A program made the position numbers and the translations under genes. The notes under the pieces are model-generated. The model made no database searches and was not told the DNA's origin. It was given only the letters and a program-made list of their open reading frames with translations. DNA of 63,822 nt, filler included, from a bacterium (GTDB taxonomy: Bacteria; JBBIVP01), in NCBI GenBank assembly GCA_037439705.1. It is 6 parts of 6 records of this genome, joined end to end, with 100 filler letters (N's around TTAATTAATTAA, not from the genome) between each part and the next. Parts side by side here need not be neighbours in the genome. Positions count along the whole stretch, not along the records: positions 22,225 to 33,193 come from JBBIVP010000059.1; positions 33,294 to 44,251 come from JBBIVP010000060.1; 4 more parts are not named here. The stretch is one strand, 5' to 3'. Below, piece by piece: positions 29,589 through 39,743 of the stretch (the first letter of the stretch is position 1; each line of letters begins with the position of its first letter).

Positions 29589-30986
29589 TTAAAATCTGGA
29601 TTTTTTATTTAATTTTTTAAAAATTTTTGTCTCGCGCTCCGGTGAAACATGAACCTCTATTGTTTCATCTATCCCAAATTTTTCATTCAAGAGTTTTATT
29701 TTGTGTTTTCCTGCTCTAACCTCCATCTTTAAAACAGGTGTGGTTCCAACCTCGTTTCCGTCAATTAAGACCTTTGCCCATGGGATTGTATTTATACTTA
29801 AAAATCCCTTTTTATGAATTCTTGCTTCTTCCGGAATGCTTTTTTCTTTCTTCTCATTCAAAAAATTTTCCACCGGTTTAGCAGTCTCAGATGGAAAAAT
29901 TGAGGCGGGGTTCATATCTTTTTTATGGTGTGGCTTAAAAAAATAAATTGATAAAAGTATTATTAAGAAAACCAGTGGAAGGAAAAAGTATAAGAACCTC
30001 TTTTTTGGGTGCTTCATTGTCTTTGTTCTTGTGCCTTCTTCAAACACTCTCTCACTTTCTACAATTTCATCGGATTTGTAAATTTCGGAGATTAGATTTT
30101 TGAGGGATTTTTCTCCATTTATGTAAAGATGGAAAGCATCTTCCATTATTTTTTCTTTTATAATACCTGCTGAAGAAGGTCTGGAGTCAGGGTCTTTATT
30201 CAAACATTTTAAAATTTCTTTCATCCATTTCTTATTTTCAAATTTTTCATCAATTTTTGAGGGGTCAAAATTTTTTATTGCATTGATTATGGCTCCTTCA
30301 GTTTCACCATCAAATACCTTTTCACCTGTCAGAAGTTCAATAACGACAAGGGCAAGAGAGAAAAGGTCACTTCTTCCATCTATGGTTCTTCCCTCAATCT
30401 GTTCAGGAGACATGTAGGATAGTTTCCCCTTTATAAAACCTGTTCTCGTTGTAGCAAGTCTTCCCCTTGCCCTGGCTATTCCAAAGTCTGTAAGTTTAAC
30501 AATACCATCTTTTCTGACAAGTATGTTCTGGGGACTTATATCCCTGTGGACAATGTTCAATGGATTTCCATCCTTATCCTTCATTGAATGAGCGTAATCA
30601 AGAGCTTTCAGGGTTTCAATCAATATAAAAACCACAATATCTTCTGGAAGTTTTCCAATTAATCTCAATATATTTCTTAAATCGTATCCTTCCACATATT
30701 CCATTGAGATATAATGGACTCTTTCAAACTCTCCAAGTTCAAATATGTGGACTATGTTCGGATGGTCAAGAAGAGAGGCTATTCTTGCTTCATCCATAAG
30801 CATTTTTAAAAATTCCTGCTCTCCCGCGAGATGTGGTAGAAGGAGTTTTATTGCCACATCTTTTTCGTATCCTCCTGGACCATAGAGCTTTGCCCTGTAA
30901 ACCTCACTCATCCCTCCAGAGCCTATTTTTGAAATAAGTTTATACTTCCCAAGCCATAATGGAGAAGTTCTATTTGGAGATATCAT
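29589..30986 (-). CDS. Hanks-type Ser/Thr kinase with TM and PEGA domain
   Basis: IGSGGMSEVY, VAIK, VHRDISPQN, DFGIA, YMSPEQ; PEGA INTIPWAKVLIDG...TTPV...GKHKI. Confidence 0.95.
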   Translation of the reverse strand: MISPNRTSPLWLGKYKLISKIGSGGMSEVYRAKLYGPGGYEKDVAIKLLLPHLAGEQEFLKMLMDEARIASLLDHPNIVHIFELGEFERVHYISMEYVEGYDLRNILRLIGKLPEDIVVFILIETLKALDYAHSMKDKDGNPLNIVHRDISPQNILVRKDGIVKLTDFGIARARGRLATTRTGFIKGKLSYMSPEQIEGRTIDGRSDLFSLALVVIELLTGEKVFDGETEGAIINAIKNFDPSKIDEKFENKKWMKEILKCLNKDPDSRPSSAGIIKEKIMEDAFHLYINGEKSLKNLISEIYKSDEIVESERVFEEGTRTKTMKHPKKRFLYFFLPLVFLIILLSIYFFKPHHKKDMNPASIFPSETAKPVENFLNEKKEKSIPEEARIHKKGFLSINTIPWAKVLIDGNEVGTTPVLKMEVRAGKHKIKLLNEKFGIDETIEVHVSPERETKIFKKLNKKSRF

Positions 30987-32485
30987 TTTTCACCCTCCAT
31001 CTTTTTTAGCATTTCCTGAATCCTTTTTTCATATTCTGTGCCCTTGAGAAGAAGAATGGCAATTTTGAAGATTTCGGCAGATTTCTGGGGATTTGCTTCC
31101 ATTAAAAAGTACGCCCTTTCATAAAGCATTCTTCCGAGTTCGTAAATTTCTGAATAGAATTTTTTCACATATTCGGAAGAGGGATTAATTTTTTTTGCCA
31201 TTTCAGCGTTTTCTATTGCTTCTTCAAATTTTTTCTTCTCAAGTGCTTCTTTAGATTTTATTATGTAAAACTTGGCTTTTTTCTCCCTTATTATTCCAGC
31301 AATTTTTCCCTTTCCTGATGGGTCAATTTTAAGATCAATCACTTCTGCTTTGAAAATTGAATCAGGATTTTCTCCCTCAAGATGTTTTTTCAATTGTGAG
31401 AGCATTATTTGAATTCTGGTATCCTTTGCTTCTTTTATTGCAGATTCAATGTCCCCATTGAGGTAAAAAGAAAGGAATAATGGTATCTCTTTCCTTTCCA
31501 TGGATTTATTTCTCTTTGAAAGGGTTTTTTCAATTTCTTCAAGAAATTTTTGGACATCTGAAAAATAAACGCTTTCTGCTGGAATTTCAGAAAATTTCTT
31601 TTTTGCTTCATCGATCATCCCCTTTTCAAAAAATTCCTTCCCCTCTTCAAAAATCTTTTGATTTTTTTCCTCTTCATATGTAATTTTGAGAAACTCATTT
31701 ATAGATGGGAAGTTTTTGCCGGATGAAAGAAGAAGAATGAGCTGGGCTCTCGCTCCCTTCCAGTCCCGGGTTTCAATGAGTTCCTTTATCCTCTTTTCCC
31801 CTGATATTTCCTTTTCTTCATTTACCACTCCTTCTATAACCATTTGATCCTTTTTTTCTGAAGGGTAAAAGAGCAAAAATCCTGATAAAACTGATATAAA
31901 GAATATTATAAGTTTTGGCATAAAATTTCTTTTGAAATAAAGTATATTTGGAGGCAAAAGTATTAGTTTTTTGTTATCTATTTTTATTTCAAAACCATTT
32001 TTTAATTCTTTCTTTGAACCAGGTTTTCTTTTTGAAGACAAAAAAATTGAGTTTCCTCTCTTTTCAATGGAATATTCGCCTATCTCAAATGGAGGAGATA
32101 AAATTTCCCTTTTTTCACCTTCTAAAATAAGAATTCCATCTTCTTTAGAAATTATAACTGTTTTTTCTATTCCTTTGATTTCGGTCTTTTCCTCTGAAAA
32201 TATCAAAAGCGTATCCGGTATCTGGATTCTGTCACCTGGTTTTAAGGGATATTCTTTAAGTGGGTCAATTCTGGTTCCATTCAGAATTGTCCCACCCGAA
32301 CTTCCAAGGTCTTCAACAAACCAGTTTCCATCTTTTCTAAAAATTCTTAAATGTTTTCTTGATATTTGAGGATTGAAAAGTTTTATATCGCACTCCTCTG
32401 CCCTTCCCACAACAAATGAATCTCTTTCCAGAGGAAAAGAGCCAATTTCTTTTCCTTGAGCTATCGCTGTAAGAAATGCTTTCAT
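30983..32485 (-). CDS. FHA domain + TM + TPR-like protein
   Basis: VGR..CDI.L..PQISRKH, VEDLGSSGGT, LKPGDRI. Confidence 0.88.
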   Translation of the reverse strand: MKAFLTAIAQGKEIGSFPLERDSFVVGRAEECDIKLFNPQISRKHLRIFRKDGNWFVEDLGSSGGTILNGTRIDPLKEYPLKPGDRIQIPDTLLIFSEEKTEIKGIEKTVIISKEDGILILEGEKREILSPPFEIGEYSIEKRGNSIFLSSKRKPGSKKELKNGFEIKIDNKKLILLPPNILYFKRNFMPKLIIFFISVLSGFLLFYPSEKKDQMVIEGVVNEEKEISGEKRIKELIETRDWKGARAQLILLLSSGKNFPSINEFLKITYEEEKNQKIFEEGKEFFEKGMIDEAKKKFSEIPAESVYFSDVQKFLEEIEKTLSKRNKSMERKEIPLFLSFYLNGDIESAIKEAKDTRIQIMLSQLKKHLEGENPDSIFKAEVIDLKIDPSGKGKIAGIIREKKAKFYIIKSKEALEKKKFEEAIENAEMAKKINPSSEYVKKFYSEIYELGRMLYERAYFLMEANPQKSAEIFKIAILLLKGTEYEKRIQEMLKKMEGEK

Positions 32486-33186
32486 TTCAAAAGTTCCCTC
32501 ATTCTATAAGAGGCATATCTCCACCTTTCGTCTGATGGATTGTTTATGATTTCCTTTATTTCCTGAAGGCTCTTGATGGCTGATGAGATGTCTCCATTCC
32601 TTATTGCCATTTCAGCCTCAAACTTTAATCTTCTGAATTCCTCATCCTGAACCGATTTTAGGGCTCCTATATATTTTATGAGTTCATCTCTTTTACTGGT
32701 TTCCTTTTCGTCAAGAAAAGATATGCACCTTTCAATAAATTCAAGAGCGGATGGAATGAGCTTCAAATCGCTCCTTGCTCTATATTCTATCTCTTTAGCG
32801 GTGGTAAAACAATCGCTTTTCGGGTTTTCAATTCTTTTTCGTCCATTAAGCACTTCCCCTTTTAAGAAGCCAGAAAGAATGACTGCTAAAAGTAAACCGG
32901 AAAGGAGCGGGAATGAAAAATTCTTAAGGTGTGCAAGAAACTTCCTTTCAATTCTTAATTCAATTCCGCAAAAGTTGATGAGATCACCTGGTTTGAGAAT
33001 AGAAAGGGAACTCGTAGAATTATTTATTTTAAAAATTCCATCGGAAGATACCATAACCTTTCCTTTTTCTACCTCAAATCTGATTGAAAAGGGGACATTC
33101 GCTGGGATATCTCCATTTTTCCCGATAACAAATGGGAATTTTTTCGGAAATATATACCCTGCTCCTTTGATTTTTATTGCAAACAT
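32482..33186 (-). CDS. Degenerate FHA-like + TM + helical protein
   Basis: FVIGKNGD and LKPGDLINF but no SxxH; coupled to FHA gene. Confidence 0.55.
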   Translation of the reverse strand: MFAIKIKGAGYIFPKKFPFVIGKNGDIPANVPFSIRFEVEKGKVMVSSDGIFKINNSTSSLSILKPGDLINFCGIELRIERKFLAHLKNFSFPLLSGLLLAVILSGFLKGEVLNGRKRIENPKSDCFTTAKEIEYRARSDLKLIPSALEFIERCISFLDEKETSKRDELIKYIGALKSVQDEEFRRLKFEAEMAIRNGDISSAIKSLQEIKEIINNPSDERWRYASYRMRELLK

Positions 33187-33193
33187 TTATTTA

Positions 33194-33293
33194 NNNNNNN
33201 NNNNNNNNNNNNNNNNNNNNNNNNNNNNNNNNNNNNNTTAATTAATTAANNNNNNNNNNNNNNNNNNNNNNNNNNNNNNNNNNNNNNNNNNNN
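33194..33293. other. Artificial contig linker
   Basis: N44-TTAATTAATTAA-N44. Confidence 0.99.
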
Positions 33294-33348
33294 ATATTAA
33301 AAAAGCGGACAGGATGATTATAGAAATTATTATTTTTATTACCTTCAT
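33294..33348 (-). CDS. N-terminal fragment of a membrane protein (possibly LapA family), cut by contig end
   Basis: ATGA overlap with HIT stop; MKVIKIIISIIILSAFLI. Confidence 0.4.
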
Positions 33349-33827
33349 AATTTTTCAAATCCTCCTTTTAACAATCTGTATGTATCCTTTATGTGCTGTG
33401 GAATAACCTTTGTATCTGCCAAAATTGGCATAAAATTGGTGTCACCACCCCATCTCGGGACAATGTGAATATGGATGTGTTCTTCAAGACCAGCACCTGC
33501 TATTTTTCCAACATTTATTCCGATATTGAAGCCTTCCGGTTTCATTATTTTTTTCAGAACATTAACCGAATCTATAAGAGCGTCCATGAGCTCTTTCATC
33601 TCTTCTTGAGAAAGAGTCTCAATATCTCTCTTATGCTGAAGCGGAGCCACCATAAGGTGTCCAGTGTTATATGGAAATCTGTTCATAATGACGAGGACCA
33701 TCTTATATTTCTTTAAAACAAGATTTTTTGAGGATGGTTTTTGGGATGCAGCAGTGCAAATAAAACATCCCCTTTCCTTCCCCTTGTAAATATACTCCAT
33801 TCTCCATGGCGCCCAGAGAATTTTCAA
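33345..33827 (-). CDS. HIT family hydrolase (Ap4A phosphorylase-like)
   Basis: LWAPWRMEYI, CFIC, NRFPYNTGHLMV, HIHIHIVPRW.GDTNFM. Confidence 0.93.
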   Translation of the reverse strand: MKILWAPWRMEYIYKGKERGCFICTAASQKPSSKNLVLKKYKMVLVIMNRFPYNTGHLMVAPLQHKRDIETLSQEEMKELMDALIDSVNVLKKIMKPEGFNIGINVGKIAGAGLEEHIHIHIVPRWGGDTNFMPILADTKVIPQHIKDTYRLLKGGFEKL

Positions 33828-33831
33828 AAGA

Positions 33832-34326
33832 TTACTCCTCTATTTCTACTATTTCCGCCCGGGATTTTTCTCCTTCAAGAAAAAGATATGCTATGCTTCT
33901 TTTTCTGTTGAAAAATCCTGGAAAAGTGGCTCCCGGATTCAGCGTTAGGATATTTCCAACGATTTTCTTTTTTGGAACATGAGAATGCCCGTATATCAGA
34001 CAATTTATGTTTTCATTCTCAAAAATTGGAAGAAGTTTTTCAGGAAAACCGAGGGGAGAACCCCATCCGTGAACAAGTCCTATTCTGAAGTTTTCCAGAC
34101 TAAACACCAGTTTCTCCGGAAGGGATTTTTTTGTATCAGAATCATCCATATTTCCGTGAACTGCATAAACCTTTTTATCTTTCCAGATCTCAAGTATCTT
34201 GATGGAAATCAGGTCTCCAGCATGAACTATTATATCCACATCCTTCAAATACCTTTCGCATATCTTTTCAAGAGTACCATCTATTTCCTTTTTGTGCGTA
34301 TCTGAAATAACCCCTATTTTTATCAT
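33832..34326 (-). CDS. YfcE/MJ0936 metallophosphoesterase
   Basis: ISDTH, HAGD, GNMD, HG, GHSH, NPG. Confidence 0.92.
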   Translation of the reverse strand: MIKIGVISDTHKKEIDGTLEKICERYLKDVDIIVHAGDLISIKILEIWKDKKVYAVHGNMDDSDTKKSLPEKLVFSLENFRIGLVHGWGSPLGFPEKLLPIFENENINCLIYGHSHVPKKKIVGNILTLNPGATFPGFFNRKRSIAYLFLEGEKSRAEIVEIEE

Positions 34327-34610
34327 TTAATGCCCTGAATCTTCTCCTTAATCTCTTTTCCTGCCTTAAAATGCACCGCGTTCCTTTCTGCCACAGGGAT
34401 TTTATCCTCTACATTCTTGGGATTTCTCACAATCCTTGCCCTTCTTTTTCTGGCTGTAAAATTTCCAAAATCCCTTATTTCCACCCGCTCTCCATTTTTT
34501 ATTGCAGAGGTAATGGCGTCAAGGATTATGTCAACCATAAGTTCCACATCCCTGGGTGGTATGTATGGAAATTTTTCCTTCAGTTCCCTTATCACATCGC
34601 TCTTGTTCAT
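34323..34610 (-). CDS. ihfB: Integration host factor beta / HU family
   Basis: MNKSDVI after SD AGGAGG; GERVEIRDFGNF, RNPK, HFKAGKEIK; follows rpsA-sppA. Confidence 0.85.
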   Translation of the reverse strand: MNKSDVIRELKEKFPYIPPRDVELMVDIILDAITSAIKNGERVEIRDFGNFTARKRRARIVRNPKNVEDKIPVAERNAVHFKAGKEIKEKIQGIK

Positions 34611-34621
34611 CCTGCACCTCC

Positions 34622-35491
34622 TCATGGAAGGACCATTTTATAACTAAATCCTCCTTCCACTTTAAAATTTAAGATAGATTCCTCATCAAACCCCAGGATT
34701 TTTTTAAGAAACGAAACCCCCCTTCTCCGAGGTTTAACAATTTTTTCCATTTTAATGCCTGTGATTTTCTTCAATTCTTCTATTGCATCGTTCATTGTCC
34801 CTATTGCATCAACAAGTCCATATTCCAAAGCACTTTCTCCAGTAAAAACCTTTCCATTTGCTACTTCATCAAGTACTTCTTTCGAAAGGTTCCTTCTTTC
34901 CTTCACCACATTTCTGAACTGCTGGTAGAGTTCATCAATAAGAGCCCGAAGGTATTTCTGCTCTTCTACATCCAGCTTTCTGAACGGAGAACCTGCGTCC
35001 TTGAACTTTCCGCTTTTAAATACCACAGGCTTTACCTTTATTGCCTCAAGCACCCCTTCAAGATTCATATATTCAAAAATAACACCGATGCTACCGGTAA
35101 GTGTTCCTGGATTAGCAAATATCTTATTTGCTGCACAGGCTATATAATATCCTCCCGATGCTGAAATGTTTCCCATTGAGGCAATAACAGGTTTTTTCTG
35201 AGAGAGTTTCAGAACCTCCTGATAGATTTCCTGAACAGCACCAACTGACCCTCCTGGCGTTTCAAGACGGAGAAGAACTCCTTTTATAAAATCTGCTTTT
35301 TCAAAGAATCTGATATCCGAAAGATATTCTCTTGAAGAGTATATTGGTCCCTTTATTTCAATTAAACCAATGTTCCCAAATCTCCCTCTCAACAAAATGA
35401 GAACAAGAAAACCCATAAAGATAAGAAAAATTGGTAAAATAATTAACAGAACCTTCAGAAAATTCCATTTTTGTGATGACCGATTATTCAT
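34622..35491 (-). CDS. sppA: Signal peptide peptidase SppA (36K type)
   Basis: TPGGSV, SASGGYYIA, TGSIGV, KSGKFKD. Confidence 0.95.
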   Translation of the reverse strand: MNNRSSQKWNFLKVLLIILPIFLIFMGFLVLILLRGRFGNIGLIEIKGPIYSSREYLSDIRFFEKADFIKGVLLRLETPGGSVGAVQEIYQEVLKLSQKKPVIASMGNISASGGYYIACAANKIFANPGTLTGSIGVIFEYMNLEGVLEAIKVKPVVFKSGKFKDAGSPFRKLDVEEQKYLRALIDELYQQFRNVVKERRNLSKEVLDEVANGKVFTGESALEYGLVDAIGTMNDAIEELKKITGIKMEKIVKPRRRGVSFLKKILGFDEESILNFKVEGGFSYKMVLP

Positions 35492-37157
35492 TCTTCTTCT
35501 TCTCAAATATATCCTTCATTACCTCACCCAATTTTACCCCTTTCTTACCACCCGTATATTTTTCCATAACTTCCTCTTCTTCCTTTTTCTGAAGAAGTTT
35601 TGGACTCAAAATAAGCTTCTTCTTCTCCTTATCAAAAGTGAGAACAACCGCCGAAATTTTATCGCCCACTTTATATGAATCCTTTATATTAGCTTCTCTT
35701 TTCAGGAAAAGTTCTCTTTTTGGAGCAAGTGCTTCAACTCCTTTTTCCACCTCAATGAAAATTCCAAAATCCGTTACAGTTTTTACGTGTCCTTCCACAA
35801 CATCTCCAACCCTTATTCTTTCAGCTATTCTTTCCCATGGATCCATTTCCATCTGTTTTATTCCAACTCTTATACCCTTTCCATCTCCTTTTTCTCCAAG
35901 AACATACACATCTATTTCCTGTCCGACCTTAAATTCCTTTCTCGGGTCTTTCCTTTCATACCAGGAAATATCCTCTGCCATCATCTCTGCCTCAATTTTT
36001 TCATCAAGGGTCCGAAGGATGACAGAACTTCTTCTTGTTTTTACCACCTTCATTTTAACAATTGAACCTGGCGGATTTTTCTCAAGAAACTCCTGAGAAG
36101 GGCTTTTTTGAAGAGCCTTTATACTCAGAGAAATTCTTCTCTTTTCAGGCTGAAGGTCAAGAATAAGTGCTTCCACAGTTTCTTCCTCTTTTAATACCTG
36201 AGAGGGCTTTTTAACAGAGGGGTCCCAGCTCAATTCAGAAATATGAACCATACCTTCAACTCCAGGTTCCAATTCTATAAATCCTCCAAAGGATGTCAGA
36301 GAAATGACCTTTCCCTTTATTTTCTGCCCTTTTTTATATTTTTCTCCCACCAAAGTCCACGGATCCGGGATAAGTTGTTTTATCCCGAGTTTGATTTTTT
36401 CCTCTTCCCTGTTGACCTCAATTACAACTCCCTTTACCGTCTGTCCCTTTCTCAAAATTTCGTGAGGTTTTTCTCTTCCCCATGTAATATCCCTTGCGGA
36501 TACAAATCCTTCAATTCCACCGAGGTCAACAAATGCTCCAAAATTTTTAATTCTTTTTACCTCCCCTTTTACCACATCTCCTTCTTTGATTTTTTTCAGA
36601 AGGTCTTCCTTCTTCTTTTTAGCCTCCTCTTCCAATAACTGCCTTCTTGAAATAAGAATTTTCTTATTTTTTACGAAATCAATTATGTATGCTTCTATTG
36701 TTTTGTTCAAAAGTCTTTTTCTTCCATATTCATTATCGGTATCCGCCTCTTTGAAGAGCATAAATGCCATAATCCCAAAACCAAGGTCAACAGTGTAGCC
36801 CCTTTTTACAATTTCTTTTACAATCCCTTTCACCTTTTTTCTGGACTGGTAGCATTCCTCAAGGAAATCCCACTGTTTTATCTGTTGAGCCATTGAATAT
36901 GAAATCCGATAAAGCCCTGTTTGTTCCCTTCCGATTATTATGCCATCTAATTGGTCGCCTATTTTAACCTTTTTAAGCTCTAAAAATTGCTGAATTTCGT
37001 CTTCTCCTATAACTCCCTCACATTTAAACCCCAGGTCAAGAAATATCTCATTATTGGACTTCCCGATCACCTCTCCCTTTATGAGAGAACCTACTCTCGG
37101 CGGTCCATTTTCCGGGATGTAGCGATCAATTATTGCTTCTAACTTCTTTCCTTTCAT
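35484..37157 (-). CDS. rpsA: 30S ribosomal protein S1
   Basis: Tandem S1 domains (FGAFVDLGGIEG, GVEGMVHISELSW, TDFGIFIEV); start after SD GAGGTG. Confidence 0.93.
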   Translation of the reverse strand: MKGKKLEAIIDRYIPENGPPRVGSLIKGEVIGKSNNEIFLDLGFKCEGVIGEDEIQQFLELKKVKIGDQLDGIIIGREQTGLYRISYSMAQQIKQWDFLEECYQSRKKVKGIVKEIVKRGYTVDLGFGIMAFMLFKEADTDNEYGRKRLLNKTIEAYIIDFVKNKKILISRRQLLEEEAKKKKEDLLKKIKEGDVVKGEVKRIKNFGAFVDLGGIEGFVSARDITWGREKPHEILRKGQTVKGVVIEVNREEEKIKLGIKQLIPDPWTLVGEKYKKGQKIKGKVISLTSFGGFIELEPGVEGMVHISELSWDPSVKKPSQVLKEEETVEALILDLQPEKRRISLSIKALQKSPSQEFLEKNPPGSIVKMKVVKTRRSSVILRTLDEKIEAEMMAEDISWYERKDPRKEFKVGQEIDVYVLGEKGDGKGIRVGIKQMEMDPWERIAERIRVGDVVEGHVKTVTDFGIFIEVEKGVEALAPKRELFLKREANIKDSYKVGDKISAVVLTFDKEKKKLILSPKLLQKKEEEEVMEKYTGGKKGVKLGEVMKDIFEKKKNE

Positions 37158-38001
37158 TTCTTTCACCTCTTTTAGACCTGTATTTATTTATCTCATCTAT
37201 AACCTCTTCCACCACCTCTTCAGGAGTTGATGTTCCTGAGGTTATAAACAAAAAATTCTTTCCTCCAAACCAACTTTTATCAATCTCCTTTGCATTTTCA
37301 ACATGATATACCATTTTGTTCACCTTCTTTACGAGTTCGAAAATCCTTCTTGTATTGGCACTATTTTTTCCACCTATTACAATAACACATTCACTCTTTT
37401 TTGCAAGAAAAACCGCTTCCTTTTGCCTTTCCACGGTTTCACGACAGAGGGTATTAAATATCCTGACCTCTCTTCCCTTATCAGCAAGTGCTTTTGAAAA
37501 TTCCCTGAAGGAATTAAGAGATGATGTGGTCTGAAAAACTACAGCTATTTTCTCACCCTTTATCTTCTCCGCCTCTTTTAGGTCCGAAATGACGATGGAA
37601 TTTTTACCCGCATAACTTTCAACCCCTTTCACTTCAGGATGTTCCTTATCACCCACGATTATAACAATGTATCCTTCATTGTTTAATTTTTCAGCCAGTT
37701 TTTGAAGCCTCCCCACAATAGGACATGTGGCATCTATAAGGGTTATTTTTTTGCCCAAAAGGATTTCTCTTTCTTCTTTGAGGCATCCATGAGATGGAAT
37801 CACAACTGTCATCCCATCCTTTATTTCTTCAAGATTTCTTGTTATTTTGATGCCTCTGCTTTGAAGGTTTTCCACCACCTTCCTGTTATGAATAAGTGGA
37901 CCGAGCATAATAGTTTGAGGCGAAGCTCCATTTTCTACCAGTTTCATAGCTCTTTTAACCCCTGAACAGAATCCTATCCATTTCCCTGTTATTATCTTCA
38001 T
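37126..38001 (-). CDS. ispH: 4-hydroxy-3-methylbut-2-enyl diphosphate reductase
   Basis: GFCSGVKRA, LIHN, SHG, DATCP, HPEV, QTT, TLC, SANT. Confidence 0.96.
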   Translation of the reverse strand: MKIITGKWIGFCSGVKRAMKLVENGASPQTIMLGPLIHNRKVVENLQSRGIKITRNLEEIKDGMTVVIPSHGCLKEEREILLGKKITLIDATCPIVGRLQKLAEKLNNEGYIVIIVGDKEHPEVKGVESYAGKNSIVISDLKEAEKIKGEKIAVVFQTTSSLNSFREFSKALADKGREVRIFNTLCRETVERQKEAVFLAKKSECVIVIGGKNSANTRRIFELVKKVNKMVYHVENAKEIDKSWFGGKNFLFITSGTSTPEEVVEEVIDEINKYRSKRGERNERKEVRSNN

Positions 38002-38077
38002 AAAGAAGTTTTATTATAATCATTAAATTTTGAAATTTCAAATTTTATGCAATGTGTGTAGACAAACACACAGAATA

Positions 38078-38836
38078 CTACATCTTATTGAAAAATTTTG
38101 AAATCTCTTTGACAAGAGACTCAGCTGTGTATTTCCTTGGCATAATAGAGGGCTCCAAACCATAATCAGAAAGGGCTTCTCTTGTTATAGGACCTATAAC
38201 CGCTAACGGGACCTTTAAAATTTTCTTAATTCCTTTAATGCTCATAAAATTCTTAACGGTTGATGGGCTTGTGAAAACAACCATGTCAATTCCCTTTTTC
38301 ATTTCTTCATAAACCCTTTTCTCAAATCCCCTTGGTTTTACGGTTCTATATATGGGGAGTAGATGAACTTCTGCTCCCATATTTTTCAATTCCTCTGGAA
38401 GAACCTCCCTTGCAACCTCTGCTCTCGGTATGAGAACATTTTTGCCCTTCATCTTGATCTTCCTTAATTCTTCAACGAGTGATTCAGCAACATATTTCTT
38501 TGGGAGGACATCTGGAAAAATGCCCCTTTTATTCAAACTTTTATAAGTTTTCTCTCCTATTACACCTATTTTCAGATGAGCAAGGTTTCTTATATCAATC
38601 CTTTTCTCAAGAAGTATTTCAAAAAAGAAATCAACAGCGTTGGCACTGGTAAAAATGAGCCAATCATATTTTTTGAGATTTTTTATTGTTTCTTCAATTT
38701 CAGGGCTTCTTATCCTTTTAAGTTCAATCGCTGGAACCACAACTGGGTCGCCTCCTTCCTTTCTTATGTAATCCGCCATCTCCTCCGCTCCATCAAGGGG
38801 GCGTGTAATAAGAATTCTTTTTCCTTTAATTCCCAT
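38078..38836 (-). CDS. hemD: Uroporphyrinogen-III synthase
   Basis: ILITRP, FTSANAV, FTSPSTV, IGPIT; downstream of hemC. Confidence 0.93.
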   Translation of the reverse strand: MGIKGKRILITRPLDGAEEMADYIRKEGGDPVVVPAIELKRIRSPEIEETIKNLKKYDWLIFTSANAVDFFFEILLEKRIDIRNLAHLKIGVIGEKTYKSLNKRGIFPDVLPKKYVAESLVEELRKIKMKGKNVLIPRAEVAREVLPEELKNMGAEVHLLPIYRTVKPRGFEKRVYEEMKKGIDMVVFTSPSTVKNFMSIKGIKKILKVPLAVIGPITREALSDYGLEPSIMPRKYTAESLVKEISKFFNKM

Positions 38837-39743
38837 ATATCTCTCTGAGTATCTCTCTTCCACCCATATCAAGAATTTTTTCGGCCATTTTCCTCCCGAG
38901 ACTTTCCGGTTCCTCTTTACTCCCTTCCATCTTTATCTGAATGAACCTCTTCGCTTCAAGATCTGAAACAAAAGAAATCATTTCAATTTTTCCGTCTTTC
39001 AGGGAAGCATTGACTCCAATTGGAACCTGACATCCAGCTCCTATCACTTTAAGAAAAGCTCTCTCAGAAGTTATAGCGAGAAGCGTATCTTCATCTGAAA
39101 TTTCCTCAACCATCTTTATTATCTCCCTGTCCTTCTCCCTGCATTCAATTGCTATTACTCCCTGTCCTCCGCATGGCACGAATAAATCTGCGGGAAGAAC
39201 TTCTGTAGCAAGACCTTCCCATCCCATTCTTATGAGTCCGGCATGCGAAACTATGATACCATCGTAAAGACCTTCTCTCATTTTTCTTATTCTCGTATCA
39301 AGATTTCCCCTCAAATCATGAGAAACAAGATATGGAAAATGCCTTTTCATTATTACCTTTCTCCTCAAACTGCTCGTTCCTATCTTGCCTTCCTTTAATG
39401 AAAATATGGATTTTGATTTATCCGAAATAAAAACATCAAAGGGACTTTCCCTTTTTAGAAACCCTGCAAGAATAAGCCCATCGGGAAGCTCTGAAGGCAT
39501 ATCTTTTAGGCTGTGAACCGCAAGGTCTATTTCTCTTTTTAAAAGAGCTTCTTCTATTTCCTTTACGAATATTCCTTTCGCCCCTATTTTCGATAATGGG
39601 ACATCGGTAAGTTTGTCGCCCTTTGTCTTGATTTTCACGACTTCTACTGAAATATTAGTATAAGCCTTCAAAAGGAGGTTCTTAAAAATCTCCACCTGCC
39701 TCAGAGCAAGCTGGCTACCCCTTGTTCCTATTCTCAATTTCAT
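38826..39743 (-). CDS. hemC: Hydroxymethylbilane synthase
   Basis: IGTRGSQLALRQ, VHSLKDMP, LRGNLDTR, GCQVP. Confidence 0.97.
   Translation of the reverse strand: MKLRIGTRGSQLALRQVEIFKNLLLKAYTNISVEVVKIKTKGDKLTDVPLSKIGAKGIFVKEIEEALLKREIDLAVHSLKDMPSELPDGLILAGFLKRESPFDVFISDKSKSIFSLKEGKIGTSSLRRKVIMKRHFPYLVSHDLRGNLDTRIRKMREGLYDGIIVSHAGLIRMGWEGLATEVLPADLFVPCGGQGVIAIECREKDREIIKMVEEISDEDTLLAITSERAFLKVIGAGCQVPIGVNASLKDGKIEMISFVSDLEAKRFIQIKMEGSKEEPESLGRKMAEKILDMGGREILREIYGN

Noticed and set aside
35484-38001. IspH-RpsA fusion or programmed frameshift
   Set aside because: Both proteins look complete and rpsA has its own SD and start
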